NCBI GenBank assembly: GCA_963769025.1
Contig: CAVYKI010000003.1
Location: 384,001 to 448,000, forward strand
DNA: 64,000 nucleotides
Direction: 5' to 3'
From: an uncultured Verrucomicrobiae bacterium
Lineage (GTDB): Bacteria > Verrucomicrobiota > Verrucomicrobiia > Chthoniobacterales > Chthoniobacteraceae
A program made the translations under genes and the position numbers. Positions 52,301 to 61,967 of this stretch are shown one piece after another. Position 1 is the first letter of the stretch, and each line of letters starts with the position of its first letter. A model generated the notes under the pieces. That model searched no databases, had not been told where the DNA came from, and saw nothing but the letters and a program-made list of their open reading frames with translations.

Positions 52301-53658
52301 ATGACCCGCAAACTGATCCTCGCAGCGCTGCTCACCGCGGGCACGCTCCACGGCGCAATCAAGAAAGCCGCCCAGCAAAAGCCCGCCGCCGCCGCCGGCT
52401 GCAGCGGAATCGCAGGCCGCAGACGAAGCTGACCGGCTCCTCGGTGAACTGCGGAATCGCGCGCAGAAAAACGGCGGGAAACTGAAGATCGAGCAAAAGG
52501 AACTCATGGACCTCCTGCGCGGAGTCCTGGAAAAACAAGGCGTGTCCGCGGACGAACTCCGCAAGGCCGGATTCACCGAGCTGATGCGGATGATGCAGGA
52601 AAGAAATCCCGATGCCCTCAAGGGTCTCGGATTCGGCACGGCGCCGGGATTTTCCAAGGATATCGAGAAACGGCTGAACGAGCACTTCTACGAACTCCTC
52701 GACGGGCACCGCCCGGGAACCCTCGGCGCGGCTCATGCGACCTTTGCGTTGCGCGACAAAAAGAAGCCGGCCGACCCGCTGGCCTTCGCGACCGCGGTGC
52801 GGGCCGACGGCTGGCTCGTCACCAAGGCGAGCGAGGTGGGCAGCGGCGATATCCAGTGCGAGATCAAAGGCTCGTGGGTCGCGGCGAAAGTCGTGCGCAC
52901 TTGGCCGGAGCACGATCTCGCGCTTTTGAAAACCGCCGCGAAAGAAATCCCCGTGGTGAAATGGTCCGAGCGCGGCGCGCTGGAGGTCGGCACATTCATC
53001 AGCGCCGTGGCTCCCGATGGCCGCGAGCCGGTGGCCATCGGCATCGTGAGCGTCCCGGTCCGCAACGAGCAGACGAAAGGGCGCGGCTTCCTCGGCGTCT
53101 CGCTGACGAGCGACGAGCGCGGGCTGAAGATCCGCGAGATCGTCCCCGGCGGCCCGGCGAAAGCATCCGGACTGCTGGCGGAGGATCGCATCCTCGAACT
53201 CGACGGGAAAAAGCCGGACTCGGTCTTCAATTTCACCAAGCTCGTCTCCGACCGGAAAGCCGGCGACAAGGTGCGCCTGAAGCTCCAGCGCGGCGAGGCG
53301 GTCATGGAAAAGGAGATCGCCCTCGGCGACCGCGGATCGCTCCCCGGCGCGGGAAGGCCCGGCCTCGACCGGATGAACAATATGGGCAGCACGATCAGCA
53401 AACGGCGGACGGATTTTGCGTCGGTCATGCAGACGGATCTTCCGCTGCAGGCGACGCAGTGCGGCGGCCCGGTGACGGACCTCGATGGCGATGTGATCGG
53501 CGTCGTCATCGCGCGTTCCGGCCGCGTCGATACGATGGTGCCTCCCGAGTGAAACGATCCGGCAGTTGCTCGCAGACGTCGATTTTTCCAAGGAGGAAAA
53601 ACCCACGGCGCCCACACCGGCAGCCCCCAAGGCCGCGGAACCCGCGGCCGCGAAGTAG
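52301..53658 (+). CDS. Degenerate trypsin-like protein with an internal PDZ (frameshifts near 52360 and 53548)
   Basis: GWLVTKASE, HDLALL; GFLGV-PDZ; TDLPL..TQCGGPV. Confidence 0.7.
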
Positions 53659-53717
53659 CACGGCATCCCGCCCATCGCCGCCTTGCGTGAGCCGAGGCGC
53701 TGGCACACGCTGCCGAC

Positions 53718-54476
53718 ATGTCTTGGAAAACACTCCGCCCGGAATGGGGACTCGTGCTGGGCTCGGGGCTGGGAGGGTTTGTCGAAAGGATCGCGGTTTC
53801 GGAAACCGTGCCGTTCTCGGAAATCGCCGGGCTTCCGCAATCCCGCGTGGCAGGACATGCGGGCGAATTTGTGTTCGGCACACTCGGCGGCGTGCCAGTG
53901 GTCGCCGCACGTGGGCGCGTGCATCTTTACGAGGGCCGGAGCGCCGCGGAGGTGACGGCGCACGTGCGCTGGATGGCCGAGCGTGGCATCCGGCGGCTCG
54001 TGCTCACGAACGCAGCAGGAACGTGCAACGCGGCGTTTGCGCCCGGCGGATGGATGATGCTCTCCGATCACCTCAACCTCACCGGGACTTCGCCGCTGCT
54101 CGGCGGGCCGAATTTTTTCGACATGAGCGAAGTGTACTCCAAGCGACTCCGAGCACATTTTGCCGGAACCGCGAAAGCGGCTGACATCACGTTGCACGAG
54201 GGCGTTTATGCCGGCCTGCTCGGCCCGCAATACGAGACTCCCGCGGAGGTCCGCATGTTGCAAAAACTCGGCGCAGACGCCGTCGGCATGAGCACGGTGC
54301 TCGAAGCGATCCAGGCGCGCGCACTCGGACTCGAGGTCACGGGATTTTCATGTCTGACCAACTGGGCCGCCGGCCTGCACGCTGCACCGCTCGCGCACGC
54401 CGAGGTCATCGAGACCGGCGGGCGCGCCGCATCGAGCCTCGCGGACCTGCTGGCGCGGGCGATTCCTGCGCTGTAA
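53718..54476 (+). CDS. Purine-nucleoside phosphorylase (trimeric type)
   Basis: VLGSGLG, GHAG, GRVHLYEG, TNAAG, GPQYETPAE, VGMST. Confidence 0.92.
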   Translation: MSWKTLRPEWGLVLGSGLGGFVERIAVSETVPFSEIAGLPQSRVAGHAGEFVFGTLGGVPVVAARGRVHLYEGRSAAEVTAHVRWMAERGIRRLVLTNAAGTCNAAFAPGGWMMLSDHLNLTGTSPLLGGPNFFDMSEVYSKRLRAHFAGTAKAADITLHEGVYAGLLGPQYETPAEVRMLQKLGADAVGMSTVLEAIQARALGLEVTGFSCLTNWAAGLHAAPLAHAEVIETGGRAASSLADLLARAIPAL

Positions 54477-54539
54477 GGCGCGCCCCGAGACATTCCAGTT
54501 GCGCCGTGAGGATCGTTTGCCGAAGATGCGCGCCGATTC

Positions 54540-54627
54540 GGAGGGGTGGCAGAGTGGTCGATTGCATCGGTCTTGAAAACCGACAGGCCGCAAGGTCTCG
54601 CGGGTTCGAATCCCGCCCCCTCCGCCA
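54540..54627 (+). tRNA. tRNA-Ser (anticodon UGA)
   Basis: GGAGGGG/CCCCTCC acceptor stem; TCGGT-CTTGAAA-ACCGA anticodon arm; long variable arm; GGTTCGAATC; encoded CCA. Confidence 0.97.
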
Positions 54628-54831
54628 TCAGGCGCGGATAATCGAGGCGGGGCGATATCAGGGACGTTCGACAGTCCCGTGAACAAGGATACGACCGCAC
54701 GGCGAGGACGTGGCGATGAATGCATAGAAAGTCATCTTCCATGAATTCGATTCTTCACGATGTCTCCCCTGCCACCGCACGGCACGCGCAGAAATGGATT
54801 CCGTCACCCATTTTAAACCAACCCTGACCCT

Positions 54832-55371
54832 ATGGATCCACTGCGCATGAAATCCTGGTCGCCCTATGTGGTGGGCGTGGGAATCGGTGTGCTGAGCTGG
54901 TTCGCCTTCGCGTCGGCGGATCATCCCATCGGTATCACCACGGCTTTCGAAAACACTGCGGCGCTTTCCGAAAACGCCATGGCCCCGAGCGTCGCGGCGC
55001 CATTGATGGAGAAGAAGGCAGCGGAGGGTAAGTCTCCGAAGATCGACTGGGAATGGATGCTCGTGATCGGCGTCTTCATCGGCGCCTGGCTCAGCGCGAC
55101 CATGGGGAATGATCGCGAGCCGCGGAAAGTGCCGCCCCTCTGGAACTGGCGATTCGGGCCAAACGTGGCGAAGCGTTTTGCCGCCGCGTTTTTCGGCGGC
55201 GCGCTGATGATGTTCGGAGCCCGGTTGGGGCAAGGTTGCACGAGCGGCCATGGGATCAGCGGCGCGCTGCAACTGGCCCTTTCAAGCTGGATCTTCGCAG
55301 CGCTCATCTTTGCCGGGGGAGTTGCCACTGCCTTCGCGCTCTATGGAAAGGAGGGTCGCAGCCATGTTTGA
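54832..55371 (+). CDS. YeeE/YedE-family sulfur transporter half (GCTSGH type)
   Basis: WSPYVVG; FGARLGQGCTSGHGISG. Confidence 0.88.
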   Translation: MDPLRMKSWSPYVVGVGIGVLSWFAFASADHPIGITTAFENTAALSENAMAPSVAAPLMEKKAAEGKSPKIDWEWMLVIGVFIGAWLSATMGNDREPRKVPPLWNWRFGPNVAKRFAAAFFGGALMMFGARLGQGCTSGHGISGALQLALSSWIFAALIFAGGVATAFALYGKEGRSHV

Positions 55372-55924
55372 AGAACCACTCAAACTCGTGCTCGGTCTCA
55401 TCACCGGCATTCTTTTCGGCTTCCTCCTGCAGAAGGGGCGCGTCGCGAAATTCCGCGTCATCATCGGCCAGTTCCTCCTCAAGGATTGGACCGTGGTGAA
55501 GATCATGCTCACGGCAGTGGCGGTCGGCGCGGTGGGTGTATGGGCGATGGTGCAAATGGGCTGGACCACTCTGCACATCAAGCCGGCGGCGTTCGCTCCG
55601 GTGATCATCGGCGGGGTGCTTTTCGGCATCGGGATGGCGCTCTTTGGCTATTGTCCCGGCACCAGCGTCGCAGCCTGTGGGGAAGGGCGTCGCGATGCGA
55701 TGGTCGGTGTCCTTGGGATGGTCGCGGGAGCATTCGCCTACGTCGCGGCATTTCCGGCGCTGCAAACGCTGACGAAGGCGTGGGGCGATTGGGGCAAGGT
55801 CACGCTGCCGCAGGTCACCGGCATTTCTCCGTGGATCTACGTGGGCGCGATCGTCCTCGCCACCGTCCTCACGCGCCTCTTCTCCCGCCGCTCACATCCG
55901 CAATCCCCATCCATTCACCCCTGA
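55364..55924 (+). CDS. YeeE/YedE-family sulfur transporter half (CPGT type)
   Basis: GILFGFLLQKG; GYCPGT. Confidence 0.88.
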   Translation: MFEEPLKLVLGLITGILFGFLLQKGRVAKFRVIIGQFLLKDWTVVKIMLTAVAVGAVGVWAMVQMGWTTLHIKPAAFAPVIIGGVLFGIGMALFGYCPGTSVAACGEGRRDAMVGVLGMVAGAFAYVAAFPALQTLTKAWGDWGKVTLPQVTGISPWIYVGAIVLATVLTRLFSRRSHPQSPSIHP

Positions 55925-55936
55925 CCCAGACCTCCC

Positions 55937-57340
55937 ATGGCTCTCATCTTTGAAACCATCCAAACCGAAGGCATCGCTGAACTTTCCTACCTGCTCGGCG
56001 ACGACAGCAGCGGCGTCGCAGCGGTTTTCGACCCGACGCCGGACGTGGAGAAGTACGTCGAACTGGCGCGTGAAAAGAAGGTCTCGATCACGCACATTTT
56101 CGAGACGCACATCCACGCCGATCTGGTCAGCGGGTCGCGCGAACTGTGTGACCGGGTGCAATCCGCGAAGGTGTTTGTCAGCCATGAGGAGGATGCGAAG
56201 TATGGATTCGATCACGAGAAGCTGAAGGACGGCGATCAGTTCACTTTTGGAGAGACACTTGTGACCGTGCGCCACACGCCGGGTCACACGCCGGAGCACG
56301 TGAGCTACGTCCTCGCGGAAAAGAAACACGCCGACACGCCGTGGGGCGTGCTCACGGGCGACTCGCTTTTCGTGAACTCCGCCGGCCGGCCCGATCTGCT
56401 CGGCTCGGGCGAAACCGACGAGCTGACGAAGAAGCTCTTTCACACGCTCCGTGACTATTTTCTGACGCTGCCGGACAGCGTGATGATCTTTCCCGCGCAC
56501 GGTCACGGTTCCCCGTGCGGGGCAGATATTGGCGACCGCCTGCAAAGCACGATCGGCTACGAACGGAAGTTCAATCCGTATCTCCAGATTCCGGATTTCG
56601 AGGCGTTCAAAAAGCACGCGCTCGATAGCGCGCCGCCGGTGCCGACCTACTACCCGCGGATGAAAAAAATCAACGCCAAAGGACCGGAAATCCTTGGCAA
56701 TCTGCCGCGCGTCCCCGCCCTTCCGCCGAAGACCTTCAAGGAAGCGATCGAGAAAAAGGAAGGCGTGCTGGTCGATACGCGGATGATGCTCGCCTTCGGC
56801 GGCGGCCACATCAAAGGCGCACTCAGCATCGGCGGGACACCGATGGCGTCGATCTGGGCGGGTTGGCTGCTGGAGCCCGACGAGCCCATCCTCCTCGTCA
56901 TCGATCACGACAGCGAGATCGACGACATCGTGAAGCTGTTCCTACGCACGGGTTACACGCAGTTCGCAGGCTATCTCGCGGGCGGGATGAAGGCTTGGGA
57001 CAATGCGGGATTCGAGCTGGAGGAGGTCGGCCAAATGACGGTGCACGAGGTAAAGGACGCCGGCTCGCGGTTGCAGATCGTCGACGTGCGGTCGCCATCC
57101 GAATGGGAGAGCGGGCACATCCCGGGCGCGCACTACCTGTTTCTTCCCGAGCTTCGCAAAAAAATCGGGAAACTGGATCCGAGCAGACCGACCGCCGTCT
57201 ATTGCGACAGCGGCTACCGCGCGAGCATCGGGACGAGCATCCTCAAGCAGGAAGGCTTCCAGTGCGTCTGCAACATCCCCGGGAGTTGGCAGGCATGGAA
57301 GAAGGCGAAGTATCCCATCGAAGGAGGGAACGGGAAATGA
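55937..57340 (+). CDS. MBL-fold persulfide dioxygenase fused to two rhodanese domains
   Basis: ETHIHADLVSG, TPGHTPEH, GRPDL, PAHGHGSPCG, DVRSPSEWESGHIPG, YCDSGYRA. Confidence 0.88.
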   Translation: MALIFETIQTEGIAELSYLLGDDSSGVAAVFDPTPDVEKYVELAREKKVSITHIFETHIHADLVSGSRELCDRVQSAKVFVSHEEDAKYGFDHEKLKDGDQFTFGETLVTVRHTPGHTPEHVSYVLAEKKHADTPWGVLTGDSLFVNSAGRPDLLGSGETDELTKKLFHTLRDYFLTLPDSVMIFPAHGHGSPCGADIGDRLQSTIGYERKFNPYLQIPDFEAFKKHALDSAPPVPTYYPRMKKINAKGPEILGNLPRVPALPPKTFKEAIEKKEGVLVDTRMMLAFGGGHIKGALSIGGTPMASIWAGWLLEPDEPILLVIDHDSEIDDIVKLFLRTGYTQFAGYLAGGMKAWDNAGFELEEVGQMTVHEVKDAGSRLQIVDVRSPSEWESGHIPGAHYLFLPELRKKIGKLDPSRPTAVYCDSGYRASIGTSILKQEGFQCVCNIPGSWQAWKKAKYPIEGGNGK

Positions 57341-57927
57341 ACCGACTCGTTCCCGCCGCGCTTCTTGTGCTGCCGTCGTTGGCCGGAGCCGCCGACTTTG
57401 GAGTCGATGCCACGAATTACGACGGCCCGGCCTGGTCGCCCTACATCGTCGGCGCCGCCATCGGCGTCCTGTCGTGGCTCACGTTTTATTTTGCGGACAA
57501 AACCATCGGTGCTTCGTCGTTCTACGCCACGCTGGCTGGGTTCATCGGCAAAGCAGTCGCGCCGAAGCACACGAAGTCGCTGAATTACTACAAAGACAAC
57601 CCGCCTGTCATGGATTGGGGCTTCATCTTTGTGGTCTTCACCATCGTCGGCGCACTTGTCGCCGCGTGGACCGGGGGCGAGATCCGCAATGAATGGCTGC
57701 ACCCGATGTGGGTCGATAAGTTCGGCGAAAACAGCATGGTGCTGCGCGGCATCATCGGATTCGCGGGCGGGGTGCTGATGGCGTTCGGCGCGCGGCTCGC
57801 GGGCGGGTGCACGAGCGGTCACGGCATCTCCGGGACGCTCCAACTCAACGTCGGCTCCTGGCTCACAGTCGTCTGCATGTTCATCGCCGGCATTGCCACC
57901 GCGATGCTCCTTTATACTGCCCTATGA
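57337..57927 (+). CDS. YeeE/YedE-family sulfur transporter half (GCTSGH type), second copy
   Basis: WSPYIVG; FGARLAGGCTSGHGISG. Confidence 0.88.
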   Translation: MNRLVPAALLVLPSLAGAADFGVDATNYDGPAWSPYIVGAAIGVLSWLTFYFADKTIGASSFYATLAGFIGKAVAPKHTKSLNYYKDNPPVMDWGFIFVVFTIVGALVAAWTGGEIRNEWLHPMWVDKFGENSMVLRGIIGFAGGVLMAFGARLAGGCTSGHGISGTLQLNVGSWLTVVCMFIAGIATAMLLYTAL

Positions 57928-58514
57928 TCGATCCCGGCAAAGTCGTGAAGGAATCCACCGAGCCGTCCGAGGAGGGACCGGGCGGCAAAAAGATCCTCAC
58001 TGCTGTTCTCTTCGGGCTCGCGTTTGGCTTCCTCCTACAGAAAGGCGGCGTGGCGAAATTCAATGTTCTGATCGGGCAACTGCTGCTGCAGGACTTCACC
58101 GTTGTGAAGATCATGGTGAGCGCTATCGTCGTCGGCATGGTCGGCATCTTCACGCTGAATCACTTTGCGAAAGTGAACCTGCACATCAAACCGACGCGCA
58201 TTGGCGCACAGATCATCGGCGGGCTGCTTTTCGGGGCCGGCTTCGCGCTGCTCGCGTACTGCCCCGGTACCGGCGCCGCCGCGCTCGGTCAGGGGAGCTG
58301 GGACGTGCTCTTTGGCTTCGCCGGCCTCATGGCGGGGTCCTACGTCTTCGCGGAAATGTCCGGCTGGCTGAAAAAGACCGTCGAGACATGGGGCGAAAAG
58401 GGAAAGGTCACGCTCCCCGACATCTTCCACTTGCCGCGCCTGCCGTTCGCCTGCGCGCTCGCCGTCCTGCTCAGCGTCGGCCTGTTTTTCCTCCAGCGCG
58501 TGTACCCGCGGTAA
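57924..58514 (+). CDS. YeeE/YedE-family sulfur transporter half (CPGT type), second copy
   Basis: FGFLLQKGGV; AYCPGTG. Confidence 0.88.
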   Translation: MIDPGKVVKESTEPSEEGPGGKKILTAVLFGLAFGFLLQKGGVAKFNVLIGQLLLQDFTVVKIMVSAIVVGMVGIFTLNHFAKVNLHIKPTRIGAQIIGGLLFGAGFALLAYCPGTGAAALGQGSWDVLFGFAGLMAGSYVFAEMSGWLKKTVETWGEKGKVTLPDIFHLPRLPFACALAVLLSVGLFFLQRVYPR

Positions 58515-58626
58515 CCTGATTGCTCCCCATGCCCGGATTTCGATCCAAACAGCCAGTCTCGGAAACGACGGCCGCTCGGGGGATCGCGCGCGTCGAAGCT
58601 GTCGCCGGGGAACTGGAGGCCTTCCT

Positions 58627-59724
58627 GTGAATGCGGCGGAGGACGGCGGTGGGACGTGTCGTGAATTTGGCGGGATGATCGTTCGGGAAAAGAACCCGGT
58701 GAATCTCGAAATGCCGTTCGGGTTCCTCGATTCGTTCATCACGCCGGTGGATCGGTTTTATGTGCGCTGCCATTTTCCAATCCCGACGATCGATGCGCAG
58801 CTCTGGCGACTGAGGATCGAAGGAGAGGTAGACAAGGCGTTGGAACTGACTCTCGAGGACCTCCGCGCCATGGAAGCACGGACTATCACGACCTTCATGG
58901 AGTGCGCGGGCAATGGTCGCGCCTTCCTCGAACCGCAGCGAGCCGGCGCCCAGTGGGAAGGCGGAGCGGTGGGAAACGCCCGCTGGACCGGCGTGCCGCT
59001 CGCGGCCGTCCTGGACCGCGCGGGGCTGAAGAATTCGGCCTGCGAGATCATTCTGGAAGGCGCAGATGAGGGCCGGATAAAGGAGCCGCCGCGGCCTGCG
59101 GGAAAGATCCACTATTCGCGCAGCCTCCCGATCGCGAAGGCGAATGAGGACGTGCTGCTCGCTTATGAGATGAATGGCGAAGCGTTGACCGCGGCGCATG
59201 GCTTTCCGCTGCGCGCAATCGTGCCGGGCTGGTATGGCATGGCGGCGGTGAAGTGGCTCACACAGATCGTCGTCACGAACCAGTGCTACAACGGCTACTT
59301 TCAATCGATCGACTACGCCTACTGGGAACGGGGCTCGAGCGCGCCGTCGCTCGTGCCGATCACAAGCGCGAGGGTGAAGTCGCAGATCGCCCGGCCCGAA
59401 TTTGCGGAGACGGTGCCTGCGGGCAAAACGTATCGCGTGCACGGCGCGGCGTGGACGAGCGATGCGGAGATCGTGCGTGTGGAAGTCAGCACCGACAAAG
59501 GAGAGAGCTGGAGCGATGCCCGCCTGCTGGGTGGCTCGGTGCGGAATGCTTGGCGGCTTTGGGATTACGAATGGGCCGTGCCTGCGATTCCTGGTCGGAC
59601 CGTGCTGCTGTCCCGCGCCACGGATTCCGAGGGCCGCACCCAACCCCCGGAACATCACGACGACCGCGGCAGCTACATCATTCATCACTGGCTGCCGATC
59701 GATGTCACCATCCGGTCGACCTGA
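58627..59724 (+). CDS. Sulfite oxidase family molybdoenzyme
   Basis: FYVRCH, MECAGNGR, HGFPLR, PGWYG, VKWL, SRATD. Confidence 0.9.
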   Translation: MNAAEDGGGTCREFGGMIVREKNPVNLEMPFGFLDSFITPVDRFYVRCHFPIPTIDAQLWRLRIEGEVDKALELTLEDLRAMEARTITTFMECAGNGRAFLEPQRAGAQWEGGAVGNARWTGVPLAAVLDRAGLKNSACEIILEGADEGRIKEPPRPAGKIHYSRSLPIAKANEDVLLAYEMNGEALTAAHGFPLRAIVPGWYGMAAVKWLTQIVVTNQCYNGYFQSIDYAYWERGSSAPSLVPITSARVKSQIARPEFAETVPAGKTYRVHGAAWTSDAEIVRVEVSTDKGESWSDARLLGGSVRNAWRLWDYEWAVPAIPGRTVLLSRATDSEGRTQPPEHHDDRGSYIIHHWLPIDVTIRST

Positions 59725-59894
59725 AATGCCGTCTCCAGCGGTTGGCTGCCGCCATTCTACCCGAACCGGTGCGGGCTCGGGGCCTTGAATTTGGATATCG
59801 CCATCGGGCTCGGTTTGAATGTAATGTGCATGTTCATTTCAATTCCAAAGATGTTCATCGCGCTCCCGAACATGCCGTCATTGCGATCCAAACT

Positions 59895-60350
59895 ATGAAT
59901 CCGCCGCTGAAGCCCATCACGATCCTCATGGCCGACGACGATCCGGGCGACCGGGTTCTGACTGCAGAGGCTCTCAAGGATGCGAGGCTCATCAACGACC
60001 TCCGGTTCGTCGAGAACGGAGAGGAGCTGATGGATTACCTGCGTGCGCGCGGAAAATTCGCGCCGCCCGCACAGGCTCCGCGCCCCGGCCTCATTCTTCT
60101 CGACCTGAATATGCCGCGCAAAGATGGCCGGACCGTGCTGAAGGAATTGAAAGACGATCCCGACCTTCGCAACATCCCGGTGGCCGTGCTGACGACGTCC
60201 GAGGACGATGCGGATGTTTACCGGAGCTACGACCTCGGCGTGAACAGCTACATCGTGAAGCCCGTCACCTTTGGCGCGCTCGTGGATACGCTCCAGACTC
60301 TGGAAAAGCACTGCTTCCAGATTGTCGAATTGCCAGCCGGAACCTCGTAA
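59895..60350 (+). CDS. Single-domain response regulator (Rcp1-like)
   Basis: ILMADDD, LILLDLNMP, VLTTS, SYIVKP. Confidence 0.9.
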   Translation: MNPPLKPITILMADDDPGDRVLTAEALKDARLINDLRFVENGEELMDYLRARGKFAPPAQAPRPGLILLDLNMPRKDGRTVLKELKDDPDLRNIPVAVLTTSEDDADVYRSYDLGVNSYIVKPVTFGALVDTLQTLEKHCFQIVELPAGTS

Positions 60351-60411
60351 CCGCGGGCGCTCGGAATCGCCCGGACGGATGCGCGAGAATCGTCACGGGC
60401 CTGCAAAAACG

Positions 60412-60435
60412 ACTTTGTGAAAAATTTCACAAAGT
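60412..60435. promoter_or_regulatory. Palindromic operator matching both Rex (TTGTGAA-N4-TTCACAA) and CRP (TGTGA-N6-TCACA) consensus
   Basis: ACTTTGTGAA-AAAT-TTCACAAAGT upstream of atpB. Confidence 0.7.
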
Positions 60436-60570
60436 ACTTGCCTCCCCTCAACCAACCGCGTTTTCTCCCGGCAACATTCGCCCTGTCTGCGGCTCGCCAC
60501 CGCGCCCGTTTGCGTCTCCCCGACTTGCAAATTGCGGCGCTGGAACGACCCGGCACGGGAGCCATTGCCA

Positions 60571-61599
60571 ATGAACTCATCAGCTTTCAGCACATTTGGA
60601 AAATCCGGCCGCCGACATGCCGCATGGCTCATCTTGACGCTGTGTGCGCTTCTGGCATTCGCGACCGCTCCAGCGCAAGGTGAGGAAAAGCACGCCGCAC
60701 CCGCCGGCACGATCAGCCATGCTGCGGAGCACGGAGGCGGACACCACGGCCTTCCGTCCGCGGCACCCACCTTCGGCGACCGCGCGAAGGGTGCCTGGGT
60801 GAACAACTCGATGATCGCGACGTGGATCGTCGCGGGACTCGTCATCCTTTTTGCGCAGATCGCCACGCGGCGGGTCCGCTCCGCAAAAGACGCCGCGAAC
60901 CACGTGCCGAACGGCGCGGAGAATGTGTGGGAGTTCCTCGTCGAGTCACTGCACAACTTCCTCACCGAAATCATCGGGCCGGCCTTGGCGAAAAAGACGT
61001 TCTGGTTCTTCGCCACGATTTTCATCCTCATCCTCGCGGTAAACTGGTTCGGTCTCGTGCCCGGCGTCGGCACGATCGGATGGGGAGTGCCGCCGGATCC
61101 CGCGGCGCCGCACTCCTTGCAACACGTCACCACTCCCCTACTGCGCGGCGGCATGGCGGACCTGAACATGACGGCCGCGATGGCGCTGGTGTTCTTCGCG
61201 TGCTGGGTCGTATGGGCGCTTCAGTTCAATGGCGTCGTCGGTTTCTTCAAGCATCTCTTCGGCGCCAAGGGCGGCACGAAGGGCCTCATGCTGGCCTTCC
61301 TCACGGTCATCTTCGTCATCGTCGGCCTCCTGGAAGTCATCTCGATTCTCTTCCGCCCGGTGTCGCTCAGCTTCCGTCTCTACGGGAATATTTTCGCCGG
61401 TGAGAATCTCCTCGAGTCCATGCAGCAGGTCGTCCCCGCGCTCGGCTGGCTGGTGCCGATTCCGTTCTATTTCATGGAACTGCTCGTCGGCCTCGTGCAG
61501 GCGCTCGTCTTCATGCTGCTCACGGCGGTCTTCACGCTGCTCATCTGCTCGCACGACGAGGAGCACGAACACGCCCACGGAGAAGCCGCGCACCACTGA
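60571..61599 (+). CDS. atpB: F0F1 ATP synthase subunit a
   Basis: NWFGLVPG, RPVSLSFRLYGNIFAGE, VQALVF. Confidence 0.95.
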   Translation: MNSSAFSTFGKSGRRHAAWLILTLCALLAFATAPAQGEEKHAAPAGTISHAAEHGGGHHGLPSAAPTFGDRAKGAWVNNSMIATWIVAGLVILFAQIATRRVRSAKDAANHVPNGAENVWEFLVESLHNFLTEIIGPALAKKTFWFFATIFILILAVNWFGLVPGVGTIGWGVPPDPAAPHSLQHVTTPLLRGGMADLNMTAAMALVFFACWVVWALQFNGVVGFFKHLFGAKGGTKGLMLAFLTVIFVIVGLLEVISILFRPVSLSFRLYGNIFAGENLLESMQQVVPALGWLVPIPFYFMELLVGLVQALVFMLLTAVFTLLICSHDEEHEHAHGEAAHH

Positions 61600-61683
61600 C
61601 ACTTTCAACACTTTCGCCGATCGGACCGTCCATAGTGAGCGGGGGTCGGCGGGAAAACCAAAACCAAACAAGGAAAACCACAA

Positions 61684-61902
61684 ATGAGCATGTTCACCAT
61701 CCTCGCTGACCTCGGCAACGGCCTCCAAGGAGGCCTCGGAGCCCTCGGCGCCGCAATCGGCGTCGGACTCATCGGCATGAAGGCTTCGGAAGCAGTCGGG
61801 CGCAATCCCGGCGCGTCCACGAAGATCCTCGTGCAGTCGATCCTCAGCACCGCCTTCGCAGAAGGCATTGTGTTCTTCGCTCTCTTCCTCGGAAAGAGCT
61901 AG
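61684..61902 (+). CDS. atpE: F0F1 ATP synthase subunit c
   Basis: GxGxGxG helix, GRNP loop, FAEG. Confidence 0.95.
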   Translation: MSMFTILADLGNGLQGGLGALGAAIGVGLIGMKASEAVGRNPGASTKILVQSILSTAFAEGIVFFALFLGKS

Positions 61903-61910
61903 TTCACCGC

Positions 61911-61952
61911 GGCGCGGGGCCGGTTCGCCGGTCCCGCGCCCGTTTTCCTTTT
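61911..61952 (+). terminator. Stem-loop with T-tract between atpE and atpF
   Basis: GGCGCGGGGCCGG-TTCG-CCGGTCCCGCGCC followed by CGTTTTCCTTTT. Confidence 0.6.
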
Positions 61953-61967
61953 CCTGCAAAAGTCGCC

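Noticed and set aside
54540..54627. Selenocysteine or suppressor tRNA
   Set aside because: The anticodon is UGA (reads UCA, Ser), not UCA; normal 7-bp acceptor stem.
54600..60410. Integrative element at tRNA-Ser
   Set aside because: No integrase and no duplicated tRNA 3' end found.
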